DNA from: Candidatus Sysuimicrobiota bacterium
Lineage (GTDB): Bacteria; Sysuimicrobiota; Sysuimicrobiia; Sysuimicrobiales; Sysuimicrobiaceae
Length of the DNA: 64,000 nt
Direction: 5' to 3'
Assembly (NCBI GenBank): GCA_040289515.1
Contig: PSLI01000004.1
Coordinates: 11,111-75,110 of the forward strand
Each line of letters opens with the position of its first letter. Positions within the stretch are counted from its first letter, which is position 1. This document shows positions 1-10,393 of the stretch, in pieces. The notes beneath the pieces are model-generated. The model worked only from the letters and a program-made list of their open reading frames with translations, was not told the origin of the DNA and searched no databases. Position numbers and translations under genes: made by a program.

Positions 1-73
1 CATTCTGGAGTTCCTGGCCGGCCGCCGCCCCCACTACGTGGCCAACCCCGAGGTGTTGGAAGGCGAAGGGTGA
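1..73 (+). CDS. 3' end of upstream gene, probably a D-2-hydroxyacid dehydrogenase family protein (partial)
   Basis: Frame from position 2 reads ILEFLAGRRPHYVANPEVLEGEG*; a G-x-x-P...NPEV tail is typical of this family. Confidence 0.5.
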   Translation, partial: ILEFLAGRRPHYVANPEVLEGEG

Positions 74-716
74 GGGGGGTCCAGATGGCGACGGAGCTGA
101 CCGCGCGTCACGGCCTGTTCTGGGGAGGGGCGTTTTGCGAGCCACGTTCGGGGAAGTTCTACGAGCTTCGGTACCCCGCGGACCAGCGCCTGGTGGCGGG
201 GGGGGCGGAGGCGGGTCCGGAGGACGTGGCGGACGCGGTGACGGCCGCCGAAGAGGCCCTTGGGGGACTGGGGTCGTCTCGGGCCCGAGCAGCGGGGCAA
301 GCTCCTCTACCGCCTCGCGGACCTGCTGGAGCGCGAGGCGGACCGCCCGGCGGAGCTGGAGACCCTTTGCAACGGCCGGCCCATCCGGGAAATGCGGGCG
401 CAGCCGCCCATCATCCCCTCCTGGTACCGGTACTTCGCGGGGATGGTGGACAAACTGGAGGGTCAGATGGTCTCCGGGGGAGATGCCTGGCTCAACGACG
501 TAATCTGGGTGTCGTTGGGCGTGGTGGCGCAGATCACACCGTGGAACCACCCGCTCCTCATCGGCACCAAGAAAATCGCGCCGGCGCTGGCGGCGGGAGA
601 ACGGGTGGGAGACCATGCGGGAGTACATGGATACCAAGAGCGTGTGGGTGCGGTTGGACCCCACCCCATTCGACTGGTTCTCGGACGAACCCGCGGAGCG
701 CATGCGGATTCCCCTT

Positions 717-727
717 TGGTCTGACAT
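717..727. promoter_or_regulatory. Possible FadR-type operator
   Basis: TGGTCTGACAT is a near match to the TGGTCnGACCA palindrome, upstream of a FadR-family gene. Confidence 0.35.
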
Positions 728-782
728 ATGGCAAGGCGATTGTAGACGGGCTGCCGGCGCGTGTCAAGCTGGCAAGTGTATC

Positions 783-810
783 TTGAAGCACCCCATACTT
801 GTGGTAGGCT
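783..810 (+). promoter_or_regulatory. Putative sigma70 promoter of the GntR gene
   Basis: TTGAAG-N16-TAGGCT with extended -10 TG, in a locally AT-richer gap. Confidence 0.4.
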
Positions 811-824
811 AGGAACGTGACCGT

Positions 825-1535
825 ATGATCAGGCCAAACGTCCTGGGGCGACCTACCGCCGTAGAGGCGGTGCTGCAGAAGCTGGAGCGCCTGGTGGCAG
901 AGGGGCGGCTTCCCGGTAGGCGACTGCCCCCGGAGCGCGAGCTGGCAGCACAGTTGCAGACCAGCCGTGCCACCCTGCGGGAAGCTCTGCGTGTGTTGCG
1001 CTCCCTAGGGGTGGTGGAGGCCGCTCCCCGACGGGGCACGCGTCTGGTGAACCCCCTGCCCCTGCCCTTGAAACTGGCCCTGCCGGACCTGGCACGGTTC
1101 GCCAACCCCGCGGAGATCCTGGAGGCGCGGCTTGTAGTGGAACCCGTGGTGACGGCGCTGGCAGCGGTGCGATCGAGCCCCGCGGACTGGCAGCGGCTGG
1201 AGGCGTGTGTTGCGGAGGGGCGCCGCGCGCGCACGCTGGCCGGGTTCGAACGACAGGACCGGGAGTTCCACGTGCGTCTGGCGGAGTGTGCGGGTAACCC
1301 GCCCTTGGCCTTCTTCTCCACCCTGCTGCAGGGGATCCGGGACGAGGCCACGTGGGGCGAGCTCAAGCGGAAGGATCTGGCCCAACCGGGGCACCGGGAG
1401 GCCTACGTGGAGGATCACGCGGCGATTCTGGCCGCCCTGCGGGCCCGCAACGCGGAGGAAGCCCGGGACCGCATGCGGCTGCACCTGCTGCGGGTCCAAG
1501 AGAACCTGTTCGGGGCCGCCGCCCGGTCCATCTGA
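825..1535 (+). CDS. FadR/GntR family transcriptional regulator
   Basis: LPPERELAAQLQTSRATLREALRVL winged helix; FCD domain (DREFH, EDHAAIL). Confidence 0.92.
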   Translation: MIRPNVLGRPTAVEAVLQKLERLVAEGRLPGRRLPPERELAAQLQTSRATLREALRVLRSLGVVEAAPRRGTRLVNPLPLPLKLALPDLARFANPAEILEARLVVEPVVTALAAVRSSPADWQRLEACVAEGRRARTLAGFERQDREFHVRLAECAGNPPLAFFSTLLQGIRDEATWGELKRKDLAQPGHREAYVEDHAAILAALRARNAEEARDRMRLHLLRVQENLFGAAARSI

Positions 1536-1557
1536 CCCATCTGGATCGGAGGCGCGT

Positions 1558-2292
1558 ATGAAGCGAGCACGCGTTTGGTTCCACGGACAGGCTCACGAAG
1601 CACGCATCGAGGGAGACGTGGCAGTGCTGGCCTCTGGCCAGCGGGTGGCCCGGGGGGAGGTCCGGCTGCTGCCTCCTACCCTACCCACCAAGATCATCTG
1701 CGTGGGGTTCAACTACCGCGACCACGCGCAGGAACTGCAGGTGGAGATTCCCAAGGAGCCCCTGTTCTTCCTCAAACCTCCCAGCGCCCTGGTAGCACCC
1801 GGGGAACCCATCGTGTACCCGGCGCACACCTGGCGGCTGGACTACGAGGGGGAGCTGGCGGTGGTCATCGGGCAACGCTGCCGCCACGTGGGCCCGGAGG
1901 AGGCACGGGAAGTGATCCTGGGCTACTCGGTCCTGAACGACATCACAGCCCGGGACGTGCAGAAGGGGGAAAGGCAGTGGGTGCGCGCTAAGGCCTTCGA
2001 TGGCTCTGCGCCGTACGGGCCATGGGTAGAGACCGAACTGGACCCCACCGACGTGCGCCTGGTCACCCGCGTGAACGGCGAGGTACGCCAAGACTCCTCC
2101 ACCCGCAACATGATCTTCGACGTGTTCGAGCTGGTGGCGGAGGCTTCCCGGTACATGACCCTGGAGCCTGGGGACGTGATCGCCACGGGGACACCGCCGG
2201 GAGTGGGACCGGTGCAACCCGGGGACGTGGTGGAGATCACCGTCGAGGGGGTGGGGACGCTGGTGAACCCGGTGGTGGCGGGGCCCCGGTGA
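1558..2292 (+). CDS. Fumarylacetoacetate hydrolase family protein
   Basis: KIICVGFNYRDH, FFLKP, DYEGELAVVIG, NDITARD, GDVIATGTPPGVG; GGAGG RBS before ATG 1558. Confidence 0.93.
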   Translation: MKRARVWFHGQAHEARIEGDVAVLASGQRVARGEVRLLPPTLPTKIICVGFNYRDHAQELQVEIPKEPLFFLKPPSALVAPGEPIVYPAHTWRLDYEGELAVVIGQRCRHVGPEEAREVILGYSVLNDITARDVQKGERQWVRAKAFDGSAPYGPWVETELDPTDVRLVTRVNGEVRQDSSTRNMIFDVFELVAEASRYMTLEPGDVIATGTPPGVGPVQPGDVVEITVEGVGTLVNPVVAGPR

Positions 2293-2371
2293 GCCTTCCG
2301 GCCCGGAGGTCGGCGGTTACGGCCTCAGGAGGGTATGAGGAGACCAGGACGCAACAGGCTTCGGAGATACG

Positions 2372-2447
<76 letters not shown>

Positions 2448-2458
2448 ACGCGCCCAGG

Positions 2459-2467
2459 ATTGTACCA
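2459..2467 (-). promoter_or_regulatory. Extended -10 promoter for the tRNA
   Basis: TGGTACAAT on the minus strand, ending 11 nt upstream of the tRNA 5' end. Confidence 0.6.
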
Positions 2468-2528
2468 CACCCAGGCCCCCGCGGGCGCCGGCGGCGTATC
2501 ATGGAAGCCGGAAGACCAGGAGGCGGCG

Positions 2529-3005
2529 ATGCTGGAACCGGGTGCGCCGGCACCGGAGTTTGAGCTGGTGGATCAAGCGGGCCAACGGGTGCGGCTCCGA
2601 GACTTCCGGGGCCGCCGCGTGGTCCTGTACTTCTATCCCAAGGACGGCACCCCCGGCTGCACCCGGGAGGCTTGCTCGTTTCGGGACGTACACGGCCAGC
2701 TGCAGCGGGCGGGGGTGGTGGTGCTGGGCGTGAGCCCCGACAGCCCGGAGTCCCACACCAGGTTCCGAGAACGTCACAACCTGCCCTTCCCCCTGCTATC
2801 GGACCCCCAGGGGCAGGCGGCGCGGGTGTATGGGGCGTGGGGCCAGAAGACCATGTACGGCCGGAAGCGCTGGGGGGTGGTGCGGACCACCTTCCTCATC
2901 GGCCCGGACGGGCGGATCGAACGCGTGTGGCGCCGGGTCAGGCCCGACGGCCACGGCGCGGAAGTCCTGGCCGCGCTCCAGGCCGAATCGCGGGAGGGGG
3001 CATGA
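2529..3005 (+). CDS. bcp: Thioredoxin-dependent peroxiredoxin (BCP/PrxQ)
   Basis: VLYFYPKDGTPGCTREACSFRD motif. Confidence 0.95.
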   Translation: MLEPGAPAPEFELVDQAGQRVRLRDFRGRRVVLYFYPKDGTPGCTREACSFRDVHGQLQRAGVVVLGVSPDSPESHTRFRERHNLPFPLLSDPQGQAARVYGAWGQKTMYGRKRWGVVRTTFLIGPDGRIERVWRRVRPDGHGAEVLAALQAESREGA

Positions 3006-5317
3006 GGCACCAACCCGTGCGGCGGAGGTCGAGCGGCCGCCGGCGTTGGACCCGGTGGCTGGCCGCGGGGCTGGTAGCGCTGGCTGCAGCGGCCACCGTC
3101 GCAACCGTGAGCCTGGCCGTCCTGGTCAGCACGCTGCGAGCCAGCCTGCCGGACTTGGCTACCCTGTACCAGCCCCCGAACCAGGCCACGCGCATCTACG
3201 CGGCGGACGGGGAACTCATTGCCAGCCTGTACCGGGAGAACCGGGCGTCCGTGCGCCTGGAGGCCATCCCGGAGGTTCTGCAGCAGGCGGTGGTGGCCAT
3301 CGAGGACGAACGGTTCTACCAGCACCGGGGCGTGGATCCGCGGGGCATCCTACGGGCTACCTGGCGGAACCTGACCCGGCAAGCGGTGGTCGAGGGTGGC
3401 AGCACCATCACCCAGCAGCTGGCCCGCAACCTGTTCCTCAGCCCGCGGCGGAGCCTGGACCGCAAGCTGCAGGAGATGCTCCTGGCGGTGGAGATTGAGC
3501 GCCGGCTCACCAAGCAGGAGATCCTCGAGCGTTACCTCAACCAGGTGTACTTCGGCAACGGTGCGTACGGCGTGGAGATGGCCGCCCGCCTGTTCTTCGG
3601 CAAGAGCGTGCGCGCCCTGACTCTTCCGGAGGCAGCCCTGCTGGCGGGCGTCATCCAGGCCCCCTCACGGTATTCGCCCTTCGACCACTTCCCGCTGGCC
3701 AAGCGGCGGCAGGAGGTGGTGCTGGATCGCATGGTGGAGCTGGGCTTCCTAAGCCGGGAGGAGGCGGAGGAGGCCAAGAAGGCACCCCTGCGCCTGAACC
3801 CGGGCCCGCGAAATCTGGGCCTGGTGGGGGTTCGGGCCCCATACTTCGTCTCGTACATCCTTCCCTACCTGGTGGAGCGGCACGGGGAGGACGCCGTGTA
3901 CAACGGCGGCCTGCAGGTGTACACCACCCTGGATCCTCGTCTGCAGGCGCTCGCGCAGCAGGTGATCACCCAAGGCGTGGAGGAGGCGCGTCGTGCCGGA
4001 CTGCGGGTGACCCAGGGGGCTCTCGTGGCCCTGGAGCCCGGCTCGGGCAGGATCCTGGCGATGGTGGGCGGGGTGAACTTCCAGCGATCCCAGTTCAACC
4101 GGGCCTGGCAGTCTCGGCGTCAGCCCGGCTCCGCCTTCAAGCCCTTCGTGTACACCGCGGCCCTGGAAGCCGGCGTCTCACCCGACCGGGTTCTCCTGGA
4201 CGCCCCGGTGGGGTACCGGATCGCGGGGTGGGGTTACTGGTGGCCGAAGAATTACGATGGCACGTACTGGGGCCCTGTCTCCCTGCGGGTGGCGCTGGAG
4301 CAGTCCCGGAACATCCCCGCCGTGCGCATGCTGGCGGAGCTGGGGCCTCAGGCGGTGATCGATACCGCGCGGCGCATGGGGATCCGCAGCCCCCTGCAGC
4401 CCAACCTGTCCTTGGCGCTGGGAACCTCGGAGGTGACGCCTCTGGAGATGGCCGCGGCGTTTGCCACCCTGGCTGCGGGGGGCGTGTACGCGGAGCCCGT
4501 GGCCATTACCAAGGTGCTGGACGCCAAGGGGCGCGTGCTGGAGGAGGTCCGGCCCCAGCGGCGCCTGGCCCTGCGCCCGGAGGTGGCCTACCTGATGACG
4601 GACCTTCTGCGGGGCGTGATCCTGCGGGGCACTGGTCGGGCCGCGGATCCAGGTCGGCCCGCGGCGGGTAAGACGGGGACCACGGACGATTATCGGAATG
4701 CGTGGTTTGTGGGCTACACCCCGGAGCTGGCGGTGGCGGTGTGGGTGGGCAACGACGACAACAGCCCCACCAACCGCGTGGTCGGAGGGTCGGTACCCGC
4801 ACGGCTGTGGGCTCGGTTCGTCAGGCGAGCCCTGGCGGGCAGGCCCCCCGCGAACTTCCCGGTGCCCCCGGGAATCGTGCACGTACCGGTGTGCATGCAG
4901 GAACGTGCGGACGGCACGTGCGAGCGGCAGGCGTGGCGGGCGATCCTGCGGGAGCAGCAGGCTTCCCCACCTCCCAGTCCGGAAGCGGTCCAGGTCCCGC
5001 CCCCGGAGGATGCCTCCGTGCGGGCTCCGTCAGTAGTGCTGCTCCAACCGCAGCAGGGAGCTCCGGTAACATCCCCCTTTTTGGTGGAGGGCCGGGCCTG
5101 GCCCGGCGCCCGGGTGCGTTTGCGGGTCGTCATGGAGGGAGGCCCCGCACCGGTCACGGTGGTGGACACGCAGCTTTCCGCGGGGCCGGACGGCTTCTTC
5201 GCGTACACCGTGGAGTCAGCGCTGCGGTTTTCCGGGGCCCGGTACCGCATCGCGGCGGAGGCCACGGGACCCCAGGGTACCGTGGCAAGCGCCGCGGTGA
5301 CGGCGCAGGAACGCTAG
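3002..5317 (+). CDS. Class A penicillin-binding protein (PBP1A family) with C-terminal Ig-like extension
   Basis: Transglycosylase EDERFYQH, GGSTITQQL, RKLQE; transpeptidase SAFK, SRN, KTG; N-terminal TM helix. Confidence 0.95.
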   Translation: MRHQPVRRRSSGRRRWTRWLAAGLVALAAAATVATVSLAVLVSTLRASLPDLATLYQPPNQATRIYAADGELIASLYRENRASVRLEAIPEVLQQAVVAIEDERFYQHRGVDPRGILRATWRNLTRQAVVEGGSTITQQLARNLFLSPRRSLDRKLQEMLLAVEIERRLTKQEILERYLNQVYFGNGAYGVEMAARLFFGKSVRALTLPEAALLAGVIQAPSRYSPFDHFPLAKRRQEVVLDRMVELGFLSREEAEEAKKAPLRLNPGPRNLGLVGVRAPYFVSYILPYLVERHGEDAVYNGGLQVYTTLDPRLQALAQQVITQGVEEARRAGLRVTQGALVALEPGSGRILAMVGGVNFQRSQFNRAWQSRRQPGSAFKPFVYTAALEAGVSPDRVLLDAPVGYRIAGWGYWWPKNYDGTYWGPVSLRVALEQSRNIPAVRMLAELGPQAVIDTARRMGIRSPLQPNLSLALGTSEVTPLEMAAAFATLAAGGVYAEPVAITKVLDAKGRVLEEVRPQRRLALRPEVAYLMTDLLRGVILRGTGRAADPGRPAAGKTGTTDDYRNAWFVGYTPELAVAVWVGNDDNSPTNRVVGGSVPARLWARFVRRALAGRPPANFPVPPGIVHVPVCMQERADGTCERQAWRAILREQQASPPPSPEAVQVPPPEDASVRAPSVVLLQPQQGAPVTSPFLVEGRAWPGARVRLRVVMEGGPAPVTVVDTQLSAGPDGFFAYTVESALRFSGARYRIAAEATGPQGTVASAAVTAQER

Positions 5318-5344
5318 CGGGGACGCAAGGCGAGGTGAGGACCC

Positions 5345-6091
5345 ATGGCAGGCCACTCCAAGTGGCACAACATCCGCATCAAGAAGGAGAAGATGGACAA
5401 GGTGCGGGGACGGCTGTTCAGCAAGCTGACCCGGGAGATCATCGTGGCCGCGCGGGAGGGAGGGGGCAACCCCGACACCAACGTACGGCTCCGCAGCGCC
5501 ATCGACCGGGCCCGGGACGCCGGGATGCCCAACGAGAACATCCAGCGGGCTATCGCCCGGGGCACGGGGGCCGTGAGCGGCGAGCACTACGAGGAGGTGA
5601 CCTACGAGGGCTACGGGCCCGGCGGAGTCGCTATTCTGGTCCGGGCAGCCACCGACAACCGCAACCGTACCGCCGCGGAGGTGCGGGCCGTGTTCCACCG
5701 CTACGAAGGGAGCTTGGCGGAAGCGGGTGCGGTAGCGTGGATGTTCGACCTGAAGGGCGTCATCCAGGTGGAGCGGCCGAAGGTCTCCGAGGACCAGCTG
5801 ATGCTGCAGGCCCTGGAGGCGGGGGCGGAGGACGTACGAGGGGAGGGGGATACCTACGACGTGCTCACTGCACCGGAGGACCTGGGGCGCGTGCGGGACG
5901 CCCTCGTGAAGGCGGGCATCCCCGTCACCCGGGCGGAGCTCCAGCAGGTGCCCAAGACCACCGTGCCCGTCTCGGGGCCGGAGGCAGAACGGGTGCTGCG
6001 CCTGCTGGACGCCCTTGAGGACCTGGATGACGTGCAGCAAGTGTACGCCAACTTCGACATCCCAGAGGAGATCCTTCAGCGGGTGGGCTAG
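5345..6091 (+). CDS. yebC: YebC/PmpR family protein
   Basis: MAGHSKWHNI, YEGYGPGG, EDLDDVQQVYAN. Confidence 0.97.
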   Translation: MAGHSKWHNIRIKKEKMDKVRGRLFSKLTREIIVAAREGGGNPDTNVRLRSAIDRARDAGMPNENIQRAIARGTGAVSGEHYEEVTYEGYGPGGVAILVRAATDNRNRTAAEVRAVFHRYEGSLAEAGAVAWMFDLKGVIQVERPKVSEDQLMLQALEAGAEDVRGEGDTYDVLTAPEDLGRVRDALVKAGIPVTRAELQQVPKTTVPVSGPEAERVLRLLDALEDLDDVQQVYANFDIPEEILQRVG

Positions 6092-6162
6092 GCAGTTTCC
6101 GGAAGCCACCTTCGGGCGGAAAGCAGGCGTCCCAGCCCCCGCCGCAGAATTCCCGTTCGAGG

Positions 6163-6660
6163 ATGTTGGTCGTGGGACTGGATCCCGGCTGGCGGTGCAC
6201 CGGCTACGCGGTGGTGCAGGGGAGCGCCGCAGGCCTGTGGGTGCGGGAGTTGGGGGTGCTGCGGACAGAGGCGACGGACCTTTCGGCGCGGCTGCGGGAA
6301 GTGTACCGGGAGGCCGTGGGGCTGCTGCGGGAGGCCAGGCCGCAGGTGGTGGCGCTCGAGGATTTGTTCAGCCATGCGCACCACCCCCGCACCGCGGTGC
6401 TCATGGGACACGTGCGGGGGGTTTTGTGCCTGGCGGCCGCGGAGTTTGGGGCGCAGGTACGCACATTGGCCCCCGCGGAGGTGAAGGGCGCGGTGTGCGG
6501 CAACGGGCGCGCCACCAAGGCGCAGGTGCAGGCAGCCGTCCGGGCGTCTCTAGGAGTGCAGGAGGCGTTGGACCCGCACGCGGCGGACGCCCTGGCCCTG
6601 GCGGTTACGATCCTCGCGCGGTCGGGGTTCCCCGTAAGGACCCCGGGGGTGGCGCGGTGA
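6163..6660 (+). CDS. ruvC: Holliday junction resolvase RuvC
   Basis: GLDPG, VALEDLF, GNGRATKAQV, AADALA; yebC-ruvCAB synteny. Confidence 0.95.
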   Translation: MLVVGLDPGWRCTGYAVVQGSAAGLWVRELGVLRTEATDLSARLREVYREAVGLLREARPQVVALEDLFSHAHHPRTAVLMGHVRGVLCLAAAEFGAQVRTLAPAEVKGAVCGNGRATKAQVQAAVRASLGVQEALDPHAADALALAVTILARSGFPVRTPGVAR

Positions 6661-7289
6661 TCGCCTTCCTGAAGGGGAGGGTGGTTCAGCGAGGGGAGGG
6701 GACCCTCGTGGTGGAGTGCGGGGGGGTGGGCTACGAGGTGGCCTTACCCGCCTACCTGGCGGACCAGTGGAACCCCCGGGAAGGCGACACGGTGGAGCTG
6801 CACGTTTCCTACCAGGTAAGTGCCAACCATCCCAAACCCCTGCTCGTGGGGTTCCTGCGCCGGGCGGAGCAGGAGTTCTTCGAGCGGTTCATCACCGTGG
6901 ACGGCATGGGGCCCACCCGGGCTGTGCGGGCCATGTCCCGGCCGGTGCACGAGATCGCGGACGCCATCGAGCGGCGGGACGTAAGCTTCCTCAAGCGGCT
7001 GCCGGGGCTGGGCGAGCGCACGGCCCAGAAAGTGGTGGCTTCCCTACACGGGAAGGTGGCCAAGTACGCCCTCCTGCGGGAGGACCTGCCCCCGGGCCCT
7101 GCGGGCGCTGCGGACTTCCGGGAGGAGGTCCTGGAGGTGCTGACCCGGCAGCTGGGGCACCGGCCCGCGGAGGCGCGGCGCATGGTGGAGGAGGCGCTGC
7201 GCCGCAACCCGGCCATCTCCAGCACGGAGGAGCTGTTCCAGGAGGTCTACCGGGCCCAGCGCCAGCACGTACCTGAGGAGGCTACGTGA
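6657..7289 (+). CDS. ruvA: Holliday junction branch migration protein RuvA
   Basis: [15 protein letters not shown], helix-hairpin-helix [11 protein letters not shown]. Confidence 0.92.
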   Translation: MIAFLKGRVVQRGEGTLVVECGGVGYEVALPAYLADQWNPREGDTVELHVSYQVSANHPKPLLVGFLRRAEQEFFERFITVDGMGPTRAVRAMSRPVHEIADAIERRDVSFLKRLPGLGERTAQKVVASLHGKVAKYALLREDLPPGPAGAADFREEVLEVLTRQLGHRPAEARRMVEEALRRNPAISSTEELFQEVYRAQRQHVPEEAT

Positions 7290-8314
7290 GCCGCGAACGG
7301 TTCTCCACCAGCCAGCTTCCCCCAGAGGAGCTCAACTTCCTGCGCCAGCTCCGTCCCCGCAGCCTGGACGAGTGCGTGGGGCAGACGAAGGTGCGGGAGG
7401 GGCTTCGGATCGCCATCCAGGCCGCGCGGGCCCGCGGGGAGCCGTTGGACCACATCCTGCTGCACGGACCCCCCGGCCTGGGGAAGACCACCCTGGCCAA
7501 CGTGGTGGCTGGGGAGATGGGTGCCAAGCTGGTTCAGACCTCGGGCCCGGCCCTGGAGCGGGGTGGGGACCTGATGGGGATCCTCACCAACCTGGAGTAC
7601 GGGGATGTGCTGTTCGTGGACGAGATCCATCGCCTGCCGCGGGTCGTGGAAGAGTTCCTGTACCCGGCCATGGAGGACTTCTGCGTGCACTTCGTCCTGG
7701 ACAGGGGCGTACACGCTCGGACCCTGCGGTACACCCTGAAGCCCTTTACCCTCATCGGGGCCACCACCCGCGCGGGCCTGCTCACCTCGCCCCTGCGGGA
7801 ACGGTTCGGCATCTTTTACCACCTCGACTTTTACTCCCAGGAGGAGCTCAGCCAGCTGGTGTGCCGGTCTGCCCGCATCTTGGGCGTGCCCATCACCGAC
7901 GGCGGCGCGCGGGAGATCGCCCGTAGGTCCCGGGGTACCCCCCGTGTGGCCAACCGCCTGCTCCGCCGCGTGCGGGACTACGCCCAGGTGCGGTGCGAGG
8001 GCCGCGTGACGGAGGAGGTGGCGCGGGAGGCGCTGGAGTTCGAAGGGGTGGACGAGGTAGGCCTAGATGCCTTCGACCGGGAACTGCTGCGGGTGGTGGC
8101 GGAGGTGTACGGGGGCGGGCCGGTGGGGGTGGAGGCGCTGGCCGCCACCCTCAACGAGGAGCCCGACACGCTGGTGGAGGTGGTGGAGCCCTACCTGCTC
8201 AAGATCGGCTTTCTGACCCGGACGCCTGCGGGCCGACGGATCACCCCCGCAGCCTACGCGCATCTGGGCCTGCCCCTTCCCGGGGACGTCCGGAGCCAGG
8301 GTACGTTATTCTAG
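7286..8314 (+). CDS. ruvB: Holliday junction DNA helicase RuvB
   Basis: [42 protein letters not shown]. Confidence 0.97.
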   Translation: MSRERFSTSQLPPEELNFLRQLRPRSLDECVGQTKVREGLRIAIQAARARGEPLDHILLHGPPGLGKTTLANVVAGEMGAKLVQTSGPALERGGDLMGILTNLEYGDVLFVDEIHRLPRVVEEFLYPAMEDFCVHFVLDRGVHARTLRYTLKPFTLIGATTRAGLLTSPLRERFGIFYHLDFYSQEELSQLVCRSARILGVPITDGGAREIARRSRGTPRVANRLLRRVRDYAQVRCEGRVTEEVAREALEFEGVDEVGLDAFDRELLRVVAEVYGGGPVGVEALAATLNEEPDTLVEVVEPYLLKIGFLTRTPAGRRITPAAYAHLGLPLPGDVRSQGTLF

Positions 8315-8361
8315 GACCCGCTTGCGGGTTTTACCGGACAGCAACGCCGCGGAGGGAGGCC

Positions 8362-8580
8362 ATGGCCGATCTGGGTCGTTTGCTGATGGTTTTCGGCGTG
8401 ATCCTGGTGCTCGTGGGTCTGTTCTTCGTGCTGGTGCCCCGCGCAAGCCTTCCGCGCCTTCCGGGGGACATCCTCATCCAGCGGGACGGCTTCACCTTTT
8501 ACTTCCCCGTGGTAACCAGCATCGTCATCAGCGTGGTCCTGACCTTGCTCCTCAACGCCTTGTGGTGGGCCAAGCGGTGA
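8362..8580 (+). CDS. DUF2905 family small membrane protein
   Basis: RLPGDILIQRDGFTFYFPVVTSIVISVVLT; usual neighbour of ruvB. Confidence 0.85.
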   Translation: MADLGRLLMVFGVILVLVGLFFVLVPRASLPRLPGDILIQRDGFTFYFPVVTSIVISVVLTLLLNALWWAKR

Positions 8581-9707
8581 GGCGGTGGGTCGCGATCCTG
8601 TCCGGGACGGCCCTGCTGGTCGCCTGCGGAGCACCCGCCTGCGCCCAGCGGGTGCAACTCATCCGGGTGGGCTTGCTGATGGGCCGGCCGGAGGTGGTGC
8701 TGAGCGCGGACGCGCCCTTGCGGGTGCTGGACGTGCAGCTGGACCGACAGGACCAGCTACCGGTGGGCGCGTGGGCCTTCCGGGCGGTGGCAGGCGGCAT
8801 TGAAGTACCCGGGGTGGCCCGCTACGGGCCCATGGTCCGGGTTTCCGCGGAACTGGATCGCCCCGTGCGGGTGGAGGACAAGCTGCGGGCGTACCGAGGC
8901 GTGGTGGAGCTGCGCCGCGGGGAGGCGGGGCTCACGGTGGTCAACGAGGTGGAGCTGGAGGCGTACCTGTACGGGGTCCTGAAGATGGAGATCAACCCCG
9001 CGTGGCCCGCGGAGGCGGTCAAGGCACAGGCGGTGGCGGCCCGCACCCTGGCGGTGGCCAGCCTGGGGCGGTTCGCCCGGGAGGGCTACGACATCCGGGA
9101 CACCACCGACTTCCAGGTGTACGGGGGCGTGACCTTCGAGGACCCGCGTGCCACCGCGGCGGTGGACGCGACCCGGGGACTGGTGATGACCTACCGGGGC
9201 CAGCCCATCCTGGCCGTGTACCACGCGGACTCCGGAGGCCGGACGGAGTCCAGCGAGAACGTTTGGGGGCAGGCGTACCCGTACCTCCGCGGGGTGGAGG
9301 ACCCCTACAGCGCGGGATCCCCGTACGAGCGCTGGAGCTACTCGGTGTCCGCAAACCAGCTGGAGGAATCCCTCCGGCGCGGCGGGGTGGCAGTGCGCGG
9401 CTTGCGAGCGGTCGAGGTGGCGGAGGTCAGTGAGTCCGGAAGGGCCCTGCGCGTGCGTTTGGTGGGCACGGAGGGTCTGGAGATCTCCGGCCACCGGCTG
9501 CGCATGCTCGTGGGGCCCGACGTGCTCCGCAGCACGCTGTTCTGGGTCCGTACCGAAGGCGGTATGGTAACCTTCGAGGGCCGGGGATGGGGTCACGGGG
9601 TGGGCCTGTCACAGTGGGGCGCGCGGGGGATGGCCCTGAGGGGCTTCGACTTTGTCCGCATCCTTCAGCACTACTACACGGGCGTACAGGTGGTGCCGGC
9701 CCCCTGA
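8577..9707 (+). CDS. SpoIID/LytB domain protein
   Basis: LEAYLYGV, EAVKAQAVAART, QVYGG, GWGHGVGLSQWGA, ILQHYY. Confidence 0.93.
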   Translation: MRRWVAILSGTALLVACGAPACAQRVQLIRVGLLMGRPEVVLSADAPLRVLDVQLDRQDQLPVGAWAFRAVAGGIEVPGVARYGPMVRVSAELDRPVRVEDKLRAYRGVVELRRGEAGLTVVNEVELEAYLYGVLKMEINPAWPAEAVKAQAVAARTLAVASLGRFAREGYDIRDTTDFQVYGGVTFEDPRATAAVDATRGLVMTYRGQPILAVYHADSGGRTESSENVWGQAYPYLRGVEDPYSAGSPYERWSYSVSANQLEESLRRGGVAVRGLRAVEVAEVSESGRALRVRLVGTEGLEISGHRLRMLVGPDVLRSTLFWVRTEGGMVTFEGRGWGHGVGLSQWGARGMALRGFDFVRILQHYYTGVQVVPAP

Positions 9708-9710
9708 GGA

Positions 9711-10289
9711 TCACGACTCCACGCGGACCCAGCCTCGCGTGAGAGGGTCCCACTCCTCCAGGGGGCGGCCCATGTAGTCGCGGCCCTCTACCTTGTAGCC
9801 CGCAGCCTGCAACCGGCGCTGGGCCTCCCTCCAGTATCGATAGTCCACCTGCCAGTGGCCGCGCCGCAAAGGGTTGGGATAGGCACCCAACCCTCCCAGA
9901 AGCTTGCGCAGGTTTGCTTCCTCGGAAGGGTCAGCCTGGATCTCCACGCCCTGGTTAACGGTCCCCACCGCCACCAGGTGAGGGTTAGCCAGCGGGCTGA
10001 GGGGGCTGGCACCTGGGTTGTGGCTGGCCACCGGGACTGGCACGCTGGGTGCCTGCGGCGCCGCCTGCGTCTGCCGTGCCCCTGCCGCCAAGGCGGCGGC
10101 CTCCCCCGCTATACCCTCTGCCTTTTTGGCGGCCCAACGGGCCTTGGCCTCCTCGATGAGGCGCTTGCGCTCCGCCTCCTTCTGCGGGTCCACCACCGGT
10201 CGGCGCGGCCGCTCCTGTTCGGCCACTGCAACCCTCCTGGGTACGTTCCCAACCGGATTATACGGGAAAGGCGGGGCCTTCGCGGGCAT
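9711..10289 (-). CDS. Hypothetical protein
   Basis: 192-aa ORF with natural composition filling the spoIID-yajC gap; the only credible minus-strand CDS in the window. Confidence 0.7.
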   Translation of the reverse strand: MPAKAPPFPYNPVGNVPRRVAVAEQERPRRPVVDPQKEAERKRLIEEAKARWAAKKAEGIAGEAAALAAGARQTQAAPQAPSVPVPVASHNPGASPLSPLANPHLVAVGTVNQGVEIQADPSEEANLRKLLGGLGAYPNPLRRGHWQVDYRYWREAQRRLQAAGYKVEGRDYMGRPLEEWDPLTRGWVRVES

Positions 10290-10302
10290 CTCCGCCCGCG
10301 CA

Positions 10303-10311
10303 TGTTATACT
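10303..10311 (+). promoter_or_regulatory. Extended -10 promoter upstream of yajC
   Basis: TGTTATACT. Confidence 0.5.
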
Positions 10312-10393
10312 GCAGCCGGCCACGCCTCCGGGAGAGGGGTGGCGGGGTGAAGGAATCCGGTCGGGGGCCGATGACAGGGACGAAGGAGGCGCC

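Larger units (their letters stand above)
85..812 (+). pseudogene. Aldehyde dehydrogenase pseudogene (frameshift plus large internal deletion)
   Basis: ALDH N-terminus from ATG 85; frameshift near the G5 run at 262-266; second frame has QITPWNHPL..KKIAPALAAG; it then jumps at about 595 into a third frame with the ALDH C-terminal RENGWETMREYMDTKSVWV. Confidence 0.85.

Noticed and set aside
8577-9707. SpoIID plus the SigF-like sigma as evidence for sporulation
   Set aside because: Both families are widespread in non-sporulators; no core spo genes in the window
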